A DNA stretch of 64,000 nt from NCBI GenBank assembly GCA_018668695.1, contig JABJBS010000322.1, forward strand, positions 5,718 through 69,717. The letters run 5' to 3'. Both the position numbers and the translations under genes were made by a program. A model generated the notes under the pieces. The model made no database searches and was not told the origin of the DNA. It saw nothing but the letters and a program-made list of their open reading frames with translations. This DNA is from Deltaproteobacteria bacterium (GTDB taxonomy: Bacteria; Myxococcota; XYA12-FULL-58-9; JABJBS01). Below, piece after piece: positions 20,372-29,808 of this stretch. Position 1 is the stretch's first letter, and every line of letters begins with the position of its first letter.

Positions 20372-21055
20372 TCAATCCCAATTAGGAACCGGTCTTCCCG
20401 CCAGCTCATAAAAAAGCGACCCGTCATAAAACTTAGCAAGCCGTTCCCGGGTGAGTACTTGGGTCTCTGTTCCATTTACTTCCATCGGCTCGCCAGCAAT
20501 CTTCAACAAAATAGGTAGTTCGAGCTGCGCCAGCGCGCTGCCGAAGAAGCTTTCTCGATTACGAGTCAGAAAGTCGGAGATTTCATCGCCGTCGAGCGCA
20601 CCATCGTTGTTTTTATCAAAACGAGTAAACAGCTCTTCAAACTTCTTGGGATCAAACTCGCCATTGGCATCGAAAACGTCTGAGTCTGAATCGTGCTTCG
20701 ATTTTTGAATTCGGCTTAAATCGATGGTGAGCGCAGGATAACCAGCAACCATCGACGCAATCACAAAATTAACCGCAGCGGCTCCGGCATAACCCTTGAG
20801 GCCATCCACTCCGAGCTCTGCGAGACGCTCGCGAGATTCCCCTACGGTGATTTTTCCGTTGCCATTGGCATCAAAAAATCCAACGTGTTTAGCCAACGCC
20901 GTCGTTTGATGCTTACCCGGGGATGGGCGTGGGCCTTCGTAGGTGTCGAACGGGGTGGATGCCGGCGATGCCGAGCTGACTGAAGGTTCGGCCGCTGCTG
21001 CGCTTGGTATAAAAGAGGCGGCGTGGGCCGTAGAACTGGATGAGACGATAGGCAT
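20372..21055 (-). CDS. Caleosin-family (plant/fungal peroxygenase-like) EF-hand protein with Ala/Ser/Pro-rich N-terminal extension
   Basis: Collinear with Arabidopsis caleosin: KHVGFFDANGNGKITVGE (EF-hand plus conserved heme His), IQKSKHDSDSDVFDANGEFDP (second conserved His), FYDGSLFYELAG. Second canonical EF loop DKNNDGALDGDE. SD GGAGA 5 nt upstream. Confidence 0.7.
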   Translation of the reverse strand: MPIVSSSSTAHAASFIPSAAAAEPSVSSASPASTPFDTYEGPRPSPGKHQTTALAKHVGFFDANGNGKITVGESRERLAELGVDGLKGYAGAAAVNFVIASMVAGYPALTIDLSRIQKSKHDSDSDVFDANGEFDPKKFEELFTRFDKNNDGALDGDEISDFLTRNRESFFGSALAQLELPILLKIAGEPMEVNGTETQVLTRERLAKFYDGSLFYELAGRPVPNWD

Positions 21056-21268
21056 ATTTTTCTCCTTGCTGAGAACTTTATTCAGCGGGACAATCCGCCA
21101 CTGCCTATTATCGGGGAAACGCGTGAATTGTTGCGAGAATCTGGGAGAGGCTTGAATATCTTCCTGCCAATCTCAAAATATCTAATCGTTACAATCTAGT
21201 TTGGTCTCTTAGGGGAGGGTTCACTCATCTAAATAAGTCGAAGTGCTTCGTGGTTTCGGGCACCAAGA

Positions 21269-22057
21269 CTATGGTGAAATATTTAGACTACCTGAATCGC
21301 GGATGGCCTGCTTGAGCGCATTCTCTATTTCCTGACAGTTACTTCCCGAGTCTTGGATCAAAATCAGGTCGTCTAATTGATCAAATTCGCCATCGAGGAT
21401 GCATTGAGAAATCGGTAACGCGCTGAACCAGCTGGATGGGTCGAGATTCAAAAAGACTGATTCGGCAGCTTCTTGCGATAAGAGCTGCGCTTGTTCGTTA
21501 AGGTAACGAGCTTCAACGTTTACGTCGATGGTTATTCTAAAAGAGTCCCCAGTGCTCTCTATTTGTCCTTCCAATAGAAACGAATTATTCAAAAGTGGGT
21601 CGTCACTTTCTAATAACCCCCAGTCACTGCGAGCATCGTCAAACCGAACATCAACGCGGCGATAGGCGCCCGTGGGAATGGTTAAACCTGCTAGGCTCGG
21701 TGTAGCCTCTCCACTGAAAAGGTCCACAACAAAGGGCCCCTCAATACGAATTTTATCTTCATCGCACACGACAGGTTCTTCGAGTTCTAAAGCAACGTCT
21801 GCACAGCTAAGACCCTCTTGAAGATGGAAGTCTATGTCTCTAACGCCAACCTTAGCCGCGGTGAACGTAAAAGCTGCGTCGGCTTCATCGAGAACCGTTA
21901 TCGACTCTGTCTCCGTAAGAGACTGTGAGTTCTGCATCGTCATCGATACGGACGTCAGGCCATTACCGGTACTGGTACCAAGGCCATTGCCCGTACTGGT
22001 CCCGCTGCATCCAGCGGTGATACAAACTAAAAATATAGGAAGCCGGGTAAAATGCAT
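21269..22057 (-). CDS. Hypothetical lipoprotein with tandem GTSTGNGL repeat
   Basis: Lipobox ITAGCSG. 24-nt tandem duplication encoding GTSTGNGL x2. Confidence 0.5.
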   Translation of the reverse strand: MHFTRLPIFLVCITAGCSGTSTGNGLGTSTGNGLTSVSMTMQNSQSLTETESITVLDEADAAFTFTAAKVGVRDIDFHLQEGLSCADVALELEEPVVCDEDKIRIEGPFVVDLFSGEATPSLAGLTIPTGAYRRVDVRFDDARSDWGLLESDDPLLNNSFLLEGQIESTGDSFRITIDVNVEARYLNEQAQLLSQEAAESVFLNLDPSSWFSALPISQCILDGEFDQLDDLILIQDSGSNCQEIENALKQAIRDSGSLNISP

Positions 22058-22083
22058 CGTTAGACTCTCTTTAAACGTTTGCT

Positions 22084-22653
22084 TTAAGGGTACGCGCTGA
22101 ACTGAACATCCAGACTGATCCGCAATTCGAAATCATCGGGTAGATTCTCCTGTGCGCCACCGCGAACCCCCAGCTTAAACGAGCCTTCTCTTAGAGCTTC
22201 TTGAACCGTCACTAAGTTTTCATTGGTGACATCTTCCAAGGTTAACGTGCTCTCTGATGTTAACTCGACATTTCCCAAACTCGCGGTTGTATCACTTGTC
22301 GATATAAATATTTCCAAAGTTTCAAACACGGTAATAAAATCGACAATGCCCTTACTCTCGCTGTGAACTTGTAAAGCCACGCTGTCTATTTCAATCAACG
22401 AGGGGGACTCTCCTTCGAGGTGCTCATCAACAACCCGGAGAAAGTCGGCATAAGGGTTACCCTCTTCTGTATTTACATTCTTTGATTCTGAGACATACCC
22501 GTTGCGCACATCACCTTCTTTAATGCCGCTCAGCTTGAGGGAGATATAATCACTAACCGCCACAGGACTGCCGCAGCCTGAAGCCAAGAAAGCGAGTATC
22601 AACCCAGCAAGGCCAGGGTTAAGAATGATTCTGGAGCGCATTAATGTCCGCAT
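22084..22653 (-). CDS. Hypothetical lipoprotein
   Basis: Signal/lipobox ILAFLASGC. Start taken at the Met preceding the signal peptide. Confidence 0.5.
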   Translation of the reverse strand: MRTLMRSRIILNPGLAGLILAFLASGCGSPVAVSDYISLKLSGIKEGDVRNGYVSESKNVNTEEGNPYADFLRVVDEHLEGESPSLIEIDSVALQVHSESKGIVDFITVFETLEIFISTSDTTASLGNVELTSESTLTLEDVTNENLVTVQEALREGSFKLGVRGGAQENLPDDFELRISLDVQFSAYP

Positions 22654-22743
22654 ATTTCCGTATTCCGTAACCAAGCCTAATAGGTTCAACGAGACTGAAG
22701 AGTGGCTTATCATTTACAAACCATAGTGGTATTGATTCATCAA

Positions 22744-22771
22744 GGTGTATTCTAAATTAGTGTATTCTGAG
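22744..22771. repeat. Two adjacent copies of a GTGTATTCT motif, the second embedded in the palindrome TGTATTCTgagAGAATgCA
   Basis: GGTGTATTCTAAA at 22744-22756 and GTGTATTCTGAG at 22760-22771. A third exact 13-mer copy lies at 22884-22896. Confidence 0.4.
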
Positions 22772-22883
22772 AGAATGCACCTCAACACCAACTCCTTCCA
22801 ATGAACCCAGAGGTTAAATAGGCCAGCAATATCAGCGCAGTAAGTGGTCAGGAAACTTAGGCCGTGAGTCAATTAAGCATCAG

Positions 22884-22896
22884 GTGTATTCTAAAA
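22884..22896. repeat. Third copy (exact 13-mer GGTGTATTCTAAA) immediately upstream of the TIGR02147-family gene
   Basis: Exact 13-nt direct repeat of 22744-22756, 140 nt apart. Confidence 0.4.
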
Positions 22897-22968
22897 ATGG
22901 CAAATGGAGCACTTTTTAATGTTTTAAGCAGAGAAAACTTCTGCCATTCTCTCATCCACGGACATCTC

Positions 22969-23847
22969 ATGAAAACAATACGCCCTCAAACAACAGACTA
23001 TGACGACTACCGAATATTCCTGACGGAGCTCGTCACTCATTTACGGGAATCTTCGCGAAGTTTCTCATTTCGAAAGTTTTCGCGTAAAGCAGGGTATCAA
23101 TCTCCAAACTTTTTGAAGCTGGTCATCGAAGGCCAACGTAATATCTCCGAAGAGTCCATCGGACGGTTTGCAAAAGCTTTTGAACTTAGTGCCGGTGAAG
23201 AAAAAGATTTTGGGCACCTCGTTCGATTTAACCAATCGAAGACCGATGTCGAACGCAACAAAAATTACCAACTCTTGAAACGCAACCGCCCTGGCCCAAC
23301 TGCAGAACTTCATTCTGCCCAATACGATATTTACTCAAAATGGTATGCCCTGCCAATTCGTGAACTGTCGACGATACCCGGGTTTAAAGAAGACCCTGAA
23401 TGGATAGCATCACAATTCCGGGAAAACGTTACCGCTCATGAAGCGAGCCACGCATTAGACCTCTTACAAAAGGTTGGGCTCTTGATCAGAAATGCAGCCG
23501 GGCATCTGCGAGCTGCTGCTGCACGCTTAAAAACGGGCGCCGAGGTACCGCTGGCCGTGCGTAACTTTCATAGGTCGATGTTAGAACATACTCAGAAATC
23601 ACTCGATGGGCTCAGTACCCGCGAACGGCATGTCTCATCGCTCACCCAGGCCTTAACACGCGCTCAGTACGAAGACATTTGTGAAAGAATCGACACGTTT
23701 CGTGAAGACCTACTGCAAATCATGGAAGACGTACCCGCCCAGAACGAGGACGCACAAGTGTATTTTGTGGGTTTTGAAGTCATCCCATTAACGCAACCAA
23801 CGCTTCGCAATAGTGAATCGAATAAAAATACGAACCCTAAAACCTAA
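22969..23847 (+). CDS. TIGR02147/DUF4423-family putative HTH transcription regulator
   Basis: Block DYDDYRIFLTELVTHLRESSRSFSFRKFSRKAGYQSPNFLKLVIEGQRNIS...FGHLVRFNQSKT matches the conserved N-terminal HTH block of this family. Alternative start at 22897. Confidence 0.5.
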   Translation: MKTIRPQTTDYDDYRIFLTELVTHLRESSRSFSFRKFSRKAGYQSPNFLKLVIEGQRNISEESIGRFAKAFELSAGEEKDFGHLVRFNQSKTDVERNKNYQLLKRNRPGPTAELHSAQYDIYSKWYALPIRELSTIPGFKEDPEWIASQFRENVTAHEASHALDLLQKVGLLIRNAAGHLRAAAARLKTGAEVPLAVRNFHRSMLEHTQKSLDGLSTRERHVSSLTQALTRAQYEDICERIDTFREDLLQIMEDVPAQNEDAQVYFVGFEVIPLTQPTLRNSESNKNTNPKT

Positions 23848-23858
23848 AAGGAAACAAA

Positions 23859-24152
23859 ATGAGAAAGCCCTCCCCAACTAATATCTCTATGCCCATCTTC
23901 GCCAGTCTACTTGGACAGCCCACCGGCAGCACGATGTGTCGGCGCGATGTCGTTGAACAAGATATGGCTCACGGTAAACAAGGTCCCACTACCGCAACCA
24001 ACGCCCTGCGAGAGAGCAATCGAGAAAACACACAAATCCTATACCGACAGGCCGGTATCAATGCCTGGCTCAACGCGCCCTATGCACTTAATATCGCTTT
24101 GGTGGGGCTCTTAACCGCAGTGGCGACCGCACTCGTTTATCTTGTGCGCTAA
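23859..24152 (+). CDS. Small membrane protein (C-terminal TM helix)
   Basis: SD AAAGGAAAC 5 nt before the ATG. C-terminal hydrophobic helix LNIALVGLLTAVATALVYLV. 11 nt after the regulator gene. Confidence 0.45.
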   Translation: MRKPSPTNISMPIFASLLGQPTGSTMCRRDVVEQDMAHGKQGPTTATNALRESNRENTQILYRQAGINAWLNAPYALNIALVGLLTAVATALVYLVR

Positions 24153-24263
24153 GTAAAGCTCGGTTTTATCGCTAGATCATCTGGGGGGAACATCAGAGTC
24201 TGGGCGCTGAATTTGGGGCGGCGCTCAGACTCTTTCGACATCCAAAATCCACATGCGTTGGCC

Positions 24264-25259
24264 CTAGAGATCTCGAAACCAAGACAGAGTTTCTAAACTC
24301 GGGGCTTTCATCACCTTGGCGGCCGTTGCTAAATAAATCGAATACATCTCAAGTGAGCCGCTACTAAGTGCTTGGCTCGAAGGCAACGTCCATTCACCGC
24401 CGCCTTGGTCGCCGCCGTAAGATTCCTGGATATCCCACGCACTGCTGATCACCCAATAAGCATATTCCTGAAGGTAAATACGCATTCTTTCGTCGCTGCT
24501 TTGCGGACCGTAATCGGCATTGTAATAACCGCTACTAAGAGCATCCAGCATATGGGTGTGGTGGGTGGACTCTCGGTTAACACCCCAATCGTCGTAAAAT
24601 GTATAGTGCAAGCCCACCATAGTGACATGGTGGAGGATATGCTCTACCACTTCCATGGTCTGGCCTTCTCCGCCTATTTCAAAAATAGCATCGCACAAGC
24701 TGTTGTTGTCGTGTACCCGGTCAAACTGAGTTTCCGCTTCGCCGCTAAACTCTACCCCAACGTCACCTTTAAAAAATGGAATCACAGTTTTGCGTTCATA
24801 CATCGAACGAATCACTTTGCGCTGCAGTTCAGCATCCAAACTGGAATCGTTTTCGGGAAACATCTCTTCCACCGCCTGCGCCACCTTGAGCATGAACGCA
24901 TCGGTATTATCATCCTGGCCCATAAGCGTGATGCCTCGAACGCGAATGATTTTGGTAAACGGAAGATAGGCATCGGTTTGAACCAAGCCACTATTTTCAT
25001 AAAGATTCTCGGGTACCTCTCCCGAGGGACTCGAGATCACGCAGCCGCCAATAGGGGCTGGTATCGCGGCGGTATCTGGAGCTTCCTCAGCCCTCTCGCC
25101 TATCTCGTCGCTGGAGGTATTCGTGGTACCTGTGTCCGCGTTGTCGCCCCCTGTAATGGGTTCAGGCGATTCTTGGTTCGCCGTCCCGCAGCCGCTCGGC
25201 ACGGCCGCGCCGAGCACCACTGCGCTTAGCCATATGTATTTTCGTAAAGCCTGCTTCAT
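24264..25259 (-). CDS. Hypothetical lipoprotein
   Basis: Lipobox AVPSGCG, acidic linker. No confident domain. Confidence 0.5.
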   Translation of the reverse strand: MKQALRKYIWLSAVVLGAAVPSGCGTANQESPEPITGGDNADTGTTNTSSDEIGERAEEAPDTAAIPAPIGGCVISSPSGEVPENLYENSGLVQTDAYLPFTKIIRVRGITLMGQDDNTDAFMLKVAQAVEEMFPENDSSLDAELQRKVIRSMYERKTVIPFFKGDVGVEFSGEAETQFDRVHDNNSLCDAIFEIGGEGQTMEVVEHILHHVTMVGLHYTFYDDWGVNRESTHHTHMLDALSSGYYNADYGPQSSDERMRIYLQEYAYWVISSAWDIQESYGGDQGGGEWTLPSSQALSSGSLEMYSIYLATAAKVMKAPSLETLSWFRDL

Positions 25260-25389
25260 TGTCCAACCTCGTCATCATGGATTCGTACCCTACGACCCGC
25301 CGGCGCGGGTGTTGGGCAAATATTATTCTCCCATTATCGGCCGCAGTAAAGATAGACGTTTGGATGACGGAGAGTCTCAAATGAAGACA

Positions 25390-26949
25390 CTACATTCCAC
25401 AGGCCGCATATTCAGTGGCACAGGATGTTTCAAAGCACTGCTCATACGTGGTGCCTGCGCCGGTATTACAAGCATTCTGGCAGGCAGTGTCTCCTGAGCC
25501 GCAGCTACCGGTGCACTCCGTGAAAAAGGCATTCGCCTCATCATAACAGGATTGGTAATTGTCCACTCGGCATCCATACATCGCCTGAAATGAAGCTACG
25601 GCCGTACCTGGTGCACCTACCTGCTGAGTATCAATACAACCTTCCATGGTTTGAGCACATGCCTGAGCGCAATCATCAGTGGTGCAAGCGGCAACACACT
25701 CACTGTGAACAGGGACGCAAACCGCTAGGATGCCCTCGTGTATTTCCACACAGGTTGCATGAGCTTGCGCTGTATTGGTACCCGCGGTTGCCGTAGCCGT
25801 ATCCTCAATACATGCGGCGTATTCTTCGGGGCAAAAATCTTGCTGGCAACGGTAATAGTTTTCAAGAGAGCCCGGCACGTCTACACATTGAACATTGCTA
25901 CACGCTACAAGGCTGTTCATCAAAGCAGTGCCCTGCGAACTCATCACGTTGTAACAACCATCAACACAGCTGTAGAAGGATGTTTCATCCGTTGAGTTTG
26001 CGTAACAACCCTGCACACACGAGTAGCCTTCGCCGCAGGTCGTACCACCGGTAGAACCGCCGGGGTTCGTGCCGCCGCCAGATGTTGAACCGCCGCCGAA
26101 GCATACATTGTACTCAGCCGCGCAAGAACGAGCGAGGCAATCGCGGTACTCCGCTGCATCAACCACCTGTCCATCGCACATTTGCTGACCGCACTGAATG
26201 AGGGAAGTCCATTCACCTCGGGCCTGGCCCGTTGCTCGGTCGTAACAATCTTGGCCACAACTTTGGTTGCCATTGCATGCGTCTTCGCATTCGTAGAGCT
26301 GTGAGCACGAAAGATTGGATGGAGCACTTTCTGAGTTTGAGCCACCGGTATCAGACCCTGAGCCCGTATTGCCCGAAGAGCCATTCCCCGCCTCTTCTGG
26401 CTCGGTCGCAACCCCGCATGTTGAGTACTCCCCATAGCAGGACTCAACCATACATCCTTGAAGCGCATCGTTTGCCTGAGCGCCGCACTGCTGCAAGCAC
26501 GCATCATCTGAGCAGGCCTCAGCACATGGGTTATAGAGTTCCAGGCCTTGATCGTAGCAGCCCTGGTAAACTTCTTCTTCGCAAGCGCGCAGAGCTTCAA
26601 ACTCTGACTGGCCTGCGCCGCTACCCTGCGCAAGCTCTGCGTCGTAACAACTGGTATAGGTCGCCTGGCAAGCGTCAGCGCATGTCTGATCCTCACACGC
26701 TCCTGCACACTCGTAGTAAGAAGAATAACAGACCGACACGGCATTGTAGATTTCCAAACAGCTGGCACCGGCGGCGGTGTCACTTGAGCCGGCCTCGCCA
26801 CTGGGAGCAGTGTCCCCGGTGGGTAACTCAGATCCTTCTGGGCCCGAATAACCATAAGTTCCTGCGGGAGAGCCGCAGCCCATCAAAGCAATCGCCAAAC
26901 AACACGAGAAAAATATAACGGTACAACGAGAGGGCATAGCTGTCTCCAT
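25390..26949 (-). CDS. Cysteine-rich secreted lipoprotein with about three repeated Cys modules
   Basis: Lipobox ALMGCGS. About 70 Cys in 519 aa. Repeats of the CxEIx..C...EC..AC.D..C...C pattern separated by Gly/Ser linkers. Confidence 0.6.
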   Translation of the reverse strand: METAMPSRCTVIFFSCCLAIALMGCGSPAGTYGYSGPEGSELPTGDTAPSGEAGSSDTAAGASCLEIYNAVSVCYSSYYECAGACEDQTCADACQATYTSCYDAELAQGSGAGQSEFEALRACEEEVYQGCYDQGLELYNPCAEACSDDACLQQCGAQANDALQGCMVESCYGEYSTCGVATEPEEAGNGSSGNTGSGSDTGGSNSESAPSNLSCSQLYECEDACNGNQSCGQDCYDRATGQARGEWTSLIQCGQQMCDGQVVDAAEYRDCLARSCAAEYNVCFGGGSTSGGGTNPGGSTGGTTCGEGYSCVQGCYANSTDETSFYSCVDGCYNVMSSQGTALMNSLVACSNVQCVDVPGSLENYYRCQQDFCPEEYAACIEDTATATAGTNTAQAHATCVEIHEGILAVCVPVHSECVAACTTDDCAQACAQTMEGCIDTQQVGAPGTAVASFQAMYGCRVDNYQSCYDEANAFFTECTGSCGSGDTACQNACNTGAGTTYEQCFETSCATEYAACGM

Positions 26950-27080
26950 CTTTTAACCAAGAACGGGTTCAATCATTTTGCATCGAGAAAATGGAAGCTT
27001 CGAAACCGCCCCACCCGGTCGATGTGGGGGCACAACACCACGAGACGTTCTAAAAAAATAGCGGAATAAATCGAACCCAC

Positions 27081-27099
27081 TGTTCAATTTAACTGAACA
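27081..27099. promoter_or_regulatory. Palindrome TGTTCA-N7-TGAACA upstream of the Cys-rich lipoprotein gene
   Basis: Perfect 6-bp inverted arms with 7-nt spacer in a 270-nt AT-richer intergenic region. GTTC/GAAC core resembles LexA-type boxes of some deltaproteobacteria. Confidence 0.3.
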
Positions 27100-27219
27100 A
27101 ATTAAGACCAACTGATTAGTTATTTCAAATCAATGGTTTAGCCGTCATGGACTGTGTTTTTACCGATACGTTCTCTGATCTTTATGAACAAATCGACAGG
27201 GGTCGCCCTCTAAGGAGCG

Positions 27220-27708
27220 TTATGGGCACTCTTCCAGCGATTCCATAGCAGCCCGCTGAGTTGGAGAAACCCACTGTAAAGCCGAACGATTCCACCATTT
27301 TTGAGGATTGTCTTTTTGGGCGCCTGCCCGCAAGCGAGTACTTAAAATAGGTTGAATCTGAATCACCGGCTCCTCATAAGGATGGGCGCAAAATAGAGCT
27401 TCTACGACGGTAGAGAGGACCGAGTCATTTTGAGGCACCACAAAGGAGACCTCATCACACGGAACTTCAATCAATCCGAGCTTTCCCGAACATGCATTGA
27501 CCATGGGCTCAAACTGCTGCGTTCCTGAACGATGGCGAAAGGCAACTTTTTGATAGTCCCCGTACTGAAGCGAGTCTACTTGCAAAACAGCTTGGAGAAC
27601 TTCATCAACATTTTCAGGCGGAATTTGAACGCGAACTTGGTAGGACGACACCACTTCGGCGCTCGGTGTTTTGAGGTGTATTTTATTTTCTGGGCTTAGA
27701 GAGGTCAT
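27220..27708 (-). CDS. Hypothetical protein, possibly PII/Nif3-C-terminal-like (COG3323-like)
   Basis: HPYEEPV motif as in Nif3/YqfO C-terminal and PII-like small proteins. Weak. Confidence 0.4.
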   Translation of the reverse strand: MTSLSPENKIHLKTPSAEVVSSYQVRVQIPPENVDEVLQAVLQVDSLQYGDYQKVAFRHRSGTQQFEPMVNACSGKLGLIEVPCDEVSFVVPQNDSVLSTVVEALFCAHPYEEPVIQIQPILSTRLRAGAQKDNPQKWWNRSALQWVSPTQRAAMESLEECP

Positions 27709-27847
27709 TCAGGTTCCATTTATATTCTATGAAAGGGTCGCGGCTTATAGAGGAAGTGTGTTGAGGCTTCAATGGGAGGCATTCAAGAAGCGATGCCTTG
27801 TCTGCAACAATTTCAAAGTTACGCACGCCTGCGCACTCGTCAAACCC

Positions 27848-29782
27848 TTAGGCTAAAACTTTAAAAAGCGGCTTTTGAGACTTAACCCCTTTAAGCTCAA
27901 AATCACCGGCGTATTCCGTCTCTTGAAGTAAACCCTCAGCCACGGCTCCAGAGACATAAACCGAACCGGGCTCACACGCTGATTCTATCCGAGCCGCAAT
28001 GTTCACAGTGTGACCAATGGCCGTATAGTCGGCGCGTTTGTCTGAGCCGAAATTACCGACAACCGCCGGGCCTTGATGAATCCCAATTCTCATCGAAAGC
28101 TCGGGATAACCCTTCTCTGCACACCGTTTTGTAAAGACCTGCATCTTCTCTTGCATCGCTAAACCGCAGCTTACCGAGCGCTCACGTTGCTCCTGAGTAC
28201 TCATCGATTTAGGCGCCCCAAAGATGACCATCACCGCGTCGCCAATAAATTTATCGATGGTTCCGCCATGCTCAAAAATCACATCACTCATCACACTTAA
28301 GTAATCATTCAAGAGTTCCGTGATGACCTCTGCACCATACTGCTCACAGGTGGACGTAAATCCTGCCAAGTCCGAAAATAGGATGGTAATGTTACGGCTA
28401 TGGGGTGCTTCATCCATTGTAATCTCTTTAGCCAAGAGTTCATCTACGAGTTGAGGCGGGAGGTAGCGATTCATAATATGGGCAGATAAGAGCTGCTCAG
28501 CTTCGGCATGGTCTTTCTCTTTTTCGAGAACCTGCAGTTTGTCTGCCAAGGCAAAGGAAAGCAGAACAATTTCCGCTGCAGCTCCCAATTGAAATGCATA
28601 ATTTGTGAGAACATTAGCCTCTACCAAACCTACGGTCTTTAAAACGAGGACAGCTTCTCCAATCAATAACATGCCCCACGATGCTAAGTAATAACGTGCA
28701 GGGTGATACCCTTGCCGGACCACACAGAGCGCCGCTGTTATCCAAACAACAATCATACAAACAGCCAACACAACGGTGCTTATGAGAACCACGCGGTTTG
28801 ATAAAACGAAGGCCCCGACCAAAAGGCTCAAAGACAAATAGGTAAGGCCACGTGCTATTAGAGCCAAGCGAGGCAGGCGCTCACGCATTTGCAAGAAAGA
28901 ATAGGTAAATAAGTTTCCGAATAGTGAAAGCGTAATGAGAGCTAGAGAGAGGCCTTGGTTAACCCAGTAAGGAGAGTCCGGCACGAAGAACTCACTCCAG
29001 ATACCATTGCCACAGACCGCCGCCCATCCAAGCGAGAGTACGTAGAACAAATAGTAGAGATGGCTTCGCTCTCGATTAAGAAGATAAATAAAGAGATTGT
29101 AAAAAAAAGTGAGTAAGACAATCCCATAAAACATGCCGATGACCAGCCGAAAGTCCCGCTCAGACTTGCGCAAGGCGTCCAAGGTAAGAACCGCTAATGG
29201 GAGCTGAATGGAGCTTGAGGATTCAACCCTTAAAAGAACAGTGGAGGTCTTTCCGTAGGAGGTCTCGAGTGGGAAAACAAAATTGTGATGTAGAATTGCT
29301 CGGTTGTTAAACGGCAGTATATCGCCGCCGCCTAAGTGCAGCACCCCGCCATCCGCATCGACTTGGTAAAAATCAATTTGGTCTAAATAAGGGTGCCCCA
29401 ACTCCAAGACCCATGTCTTGGCCAAGGGTGTCCTTACGCGAAAGTCAAAACGTAGCCAGTATGCTGACTCACTGAGCCCAAATTGGGGAACCTCTTTGTC
29501 AGCGATCTTCCAAAGCCCTGAACGCACGGGTGACTGGACATCTGAAAGAGTGAAGAGACCTTCTTCGTCCTCGAGCGTGTAGAGATGCCCCAAGAGCGTT
29601 TGCTGCTCCGTTGAACCATCTATAACCAGAGCTTGGGCGAAAACCTGCCCGGGCAAAGCACAAGCTGCCCATACGACAACTAAAAGCTGCAGATAGAGAT
29701 TGGTACTCCTGGGTTCACAAACTGTCTGTCTTGGGTTCACACTTGAGCTTATTGATTTTTCGAGTCGATCCCAAGAGAACAA
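27848..29782 (-). CDS. Receptor-type class III adenylate/guanylate cyclase (7TMR-DISM extracellular and 7TM domains plus CHD)
   Basis: Signal peptide, periplasmic domain, 7 TM helices. C-terminal cyclase domain ILFSDLAGFT...HGGTIDKFIGDAVMVIFGAP...IGIHQGPAVVGNFG. Confidence 0.8.
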   Translation of the reverse strand: MFSWDRLEKSISSSVNPRQTVCEPRSTNLYLQLLVVVWAACALPGQVFAQALVIDGSTEQQTLLGHLYTLEDEEGLFTLSDVQSPVRSGLWKIADKEVPQFGLSESAYWLRFDFRVRTPLAKTWVLELGHPYLDQIDFYQVDADGGVLHLGGGDILPFNNRAILHHNFVFPLETSYGKTSTVLLRVESSSSIQLPLAVLTLDALRKSERDFRLVIGMFYGIVLLTFFYNLFIYLLNRERSHLYYLFYVLSLGWAAVCGNGIWSEFFVPDSPYWVNQGLSLALITLSLFGNLFTYSFLQMRERLPRLALIARGLTYLSLSLLVGAFVLSNRVVLISTVVLAVCMIVVWITAALCVVRQGYHPARYYLASWGMLLIGEAVLVLKTVGLVEANVLTNYAFQLGAAAEIVLLSFALADKLQVLEKEKDHAEAEQLLSAHIMNRYLPPQLVDELLAKEITMDEAPHSRNITILFSDLAGFTSTCEQYGAEVITELLNDYLSVMSDVIFEHGGTIDKFIGDAVMVIFGAPKSMSTQEQRERSVSCGLAMQEKMQVFTKRCAEKGYPELSMRIGIHQGPAVVGNFGSDKRADYTAIGHTVNIAARIESACEPGSVYVSGAVAEGLLQETEYAGDFELKGVKSQKPLFKVLA

Positions 29783-29808
29783 GAATCTATTGACCTATTA
29801 ACTGATTC

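Noticed and set aside
24372-25229. 285-aa ORF on the + strand fully overlapping the - strand lipoprotein gene. Similar long alternative-frame ORFs occur at 25944..26855, 26232..26918, 33361..33858, 47610..48134 and 53692..54033.
   Set aside because: These are shadow ORFs typical of moderately GC-rich DNA. They overlap better-supported genes with signal peptides or domains, lack RBSs and domains, and one overlaps two tRNA genes.
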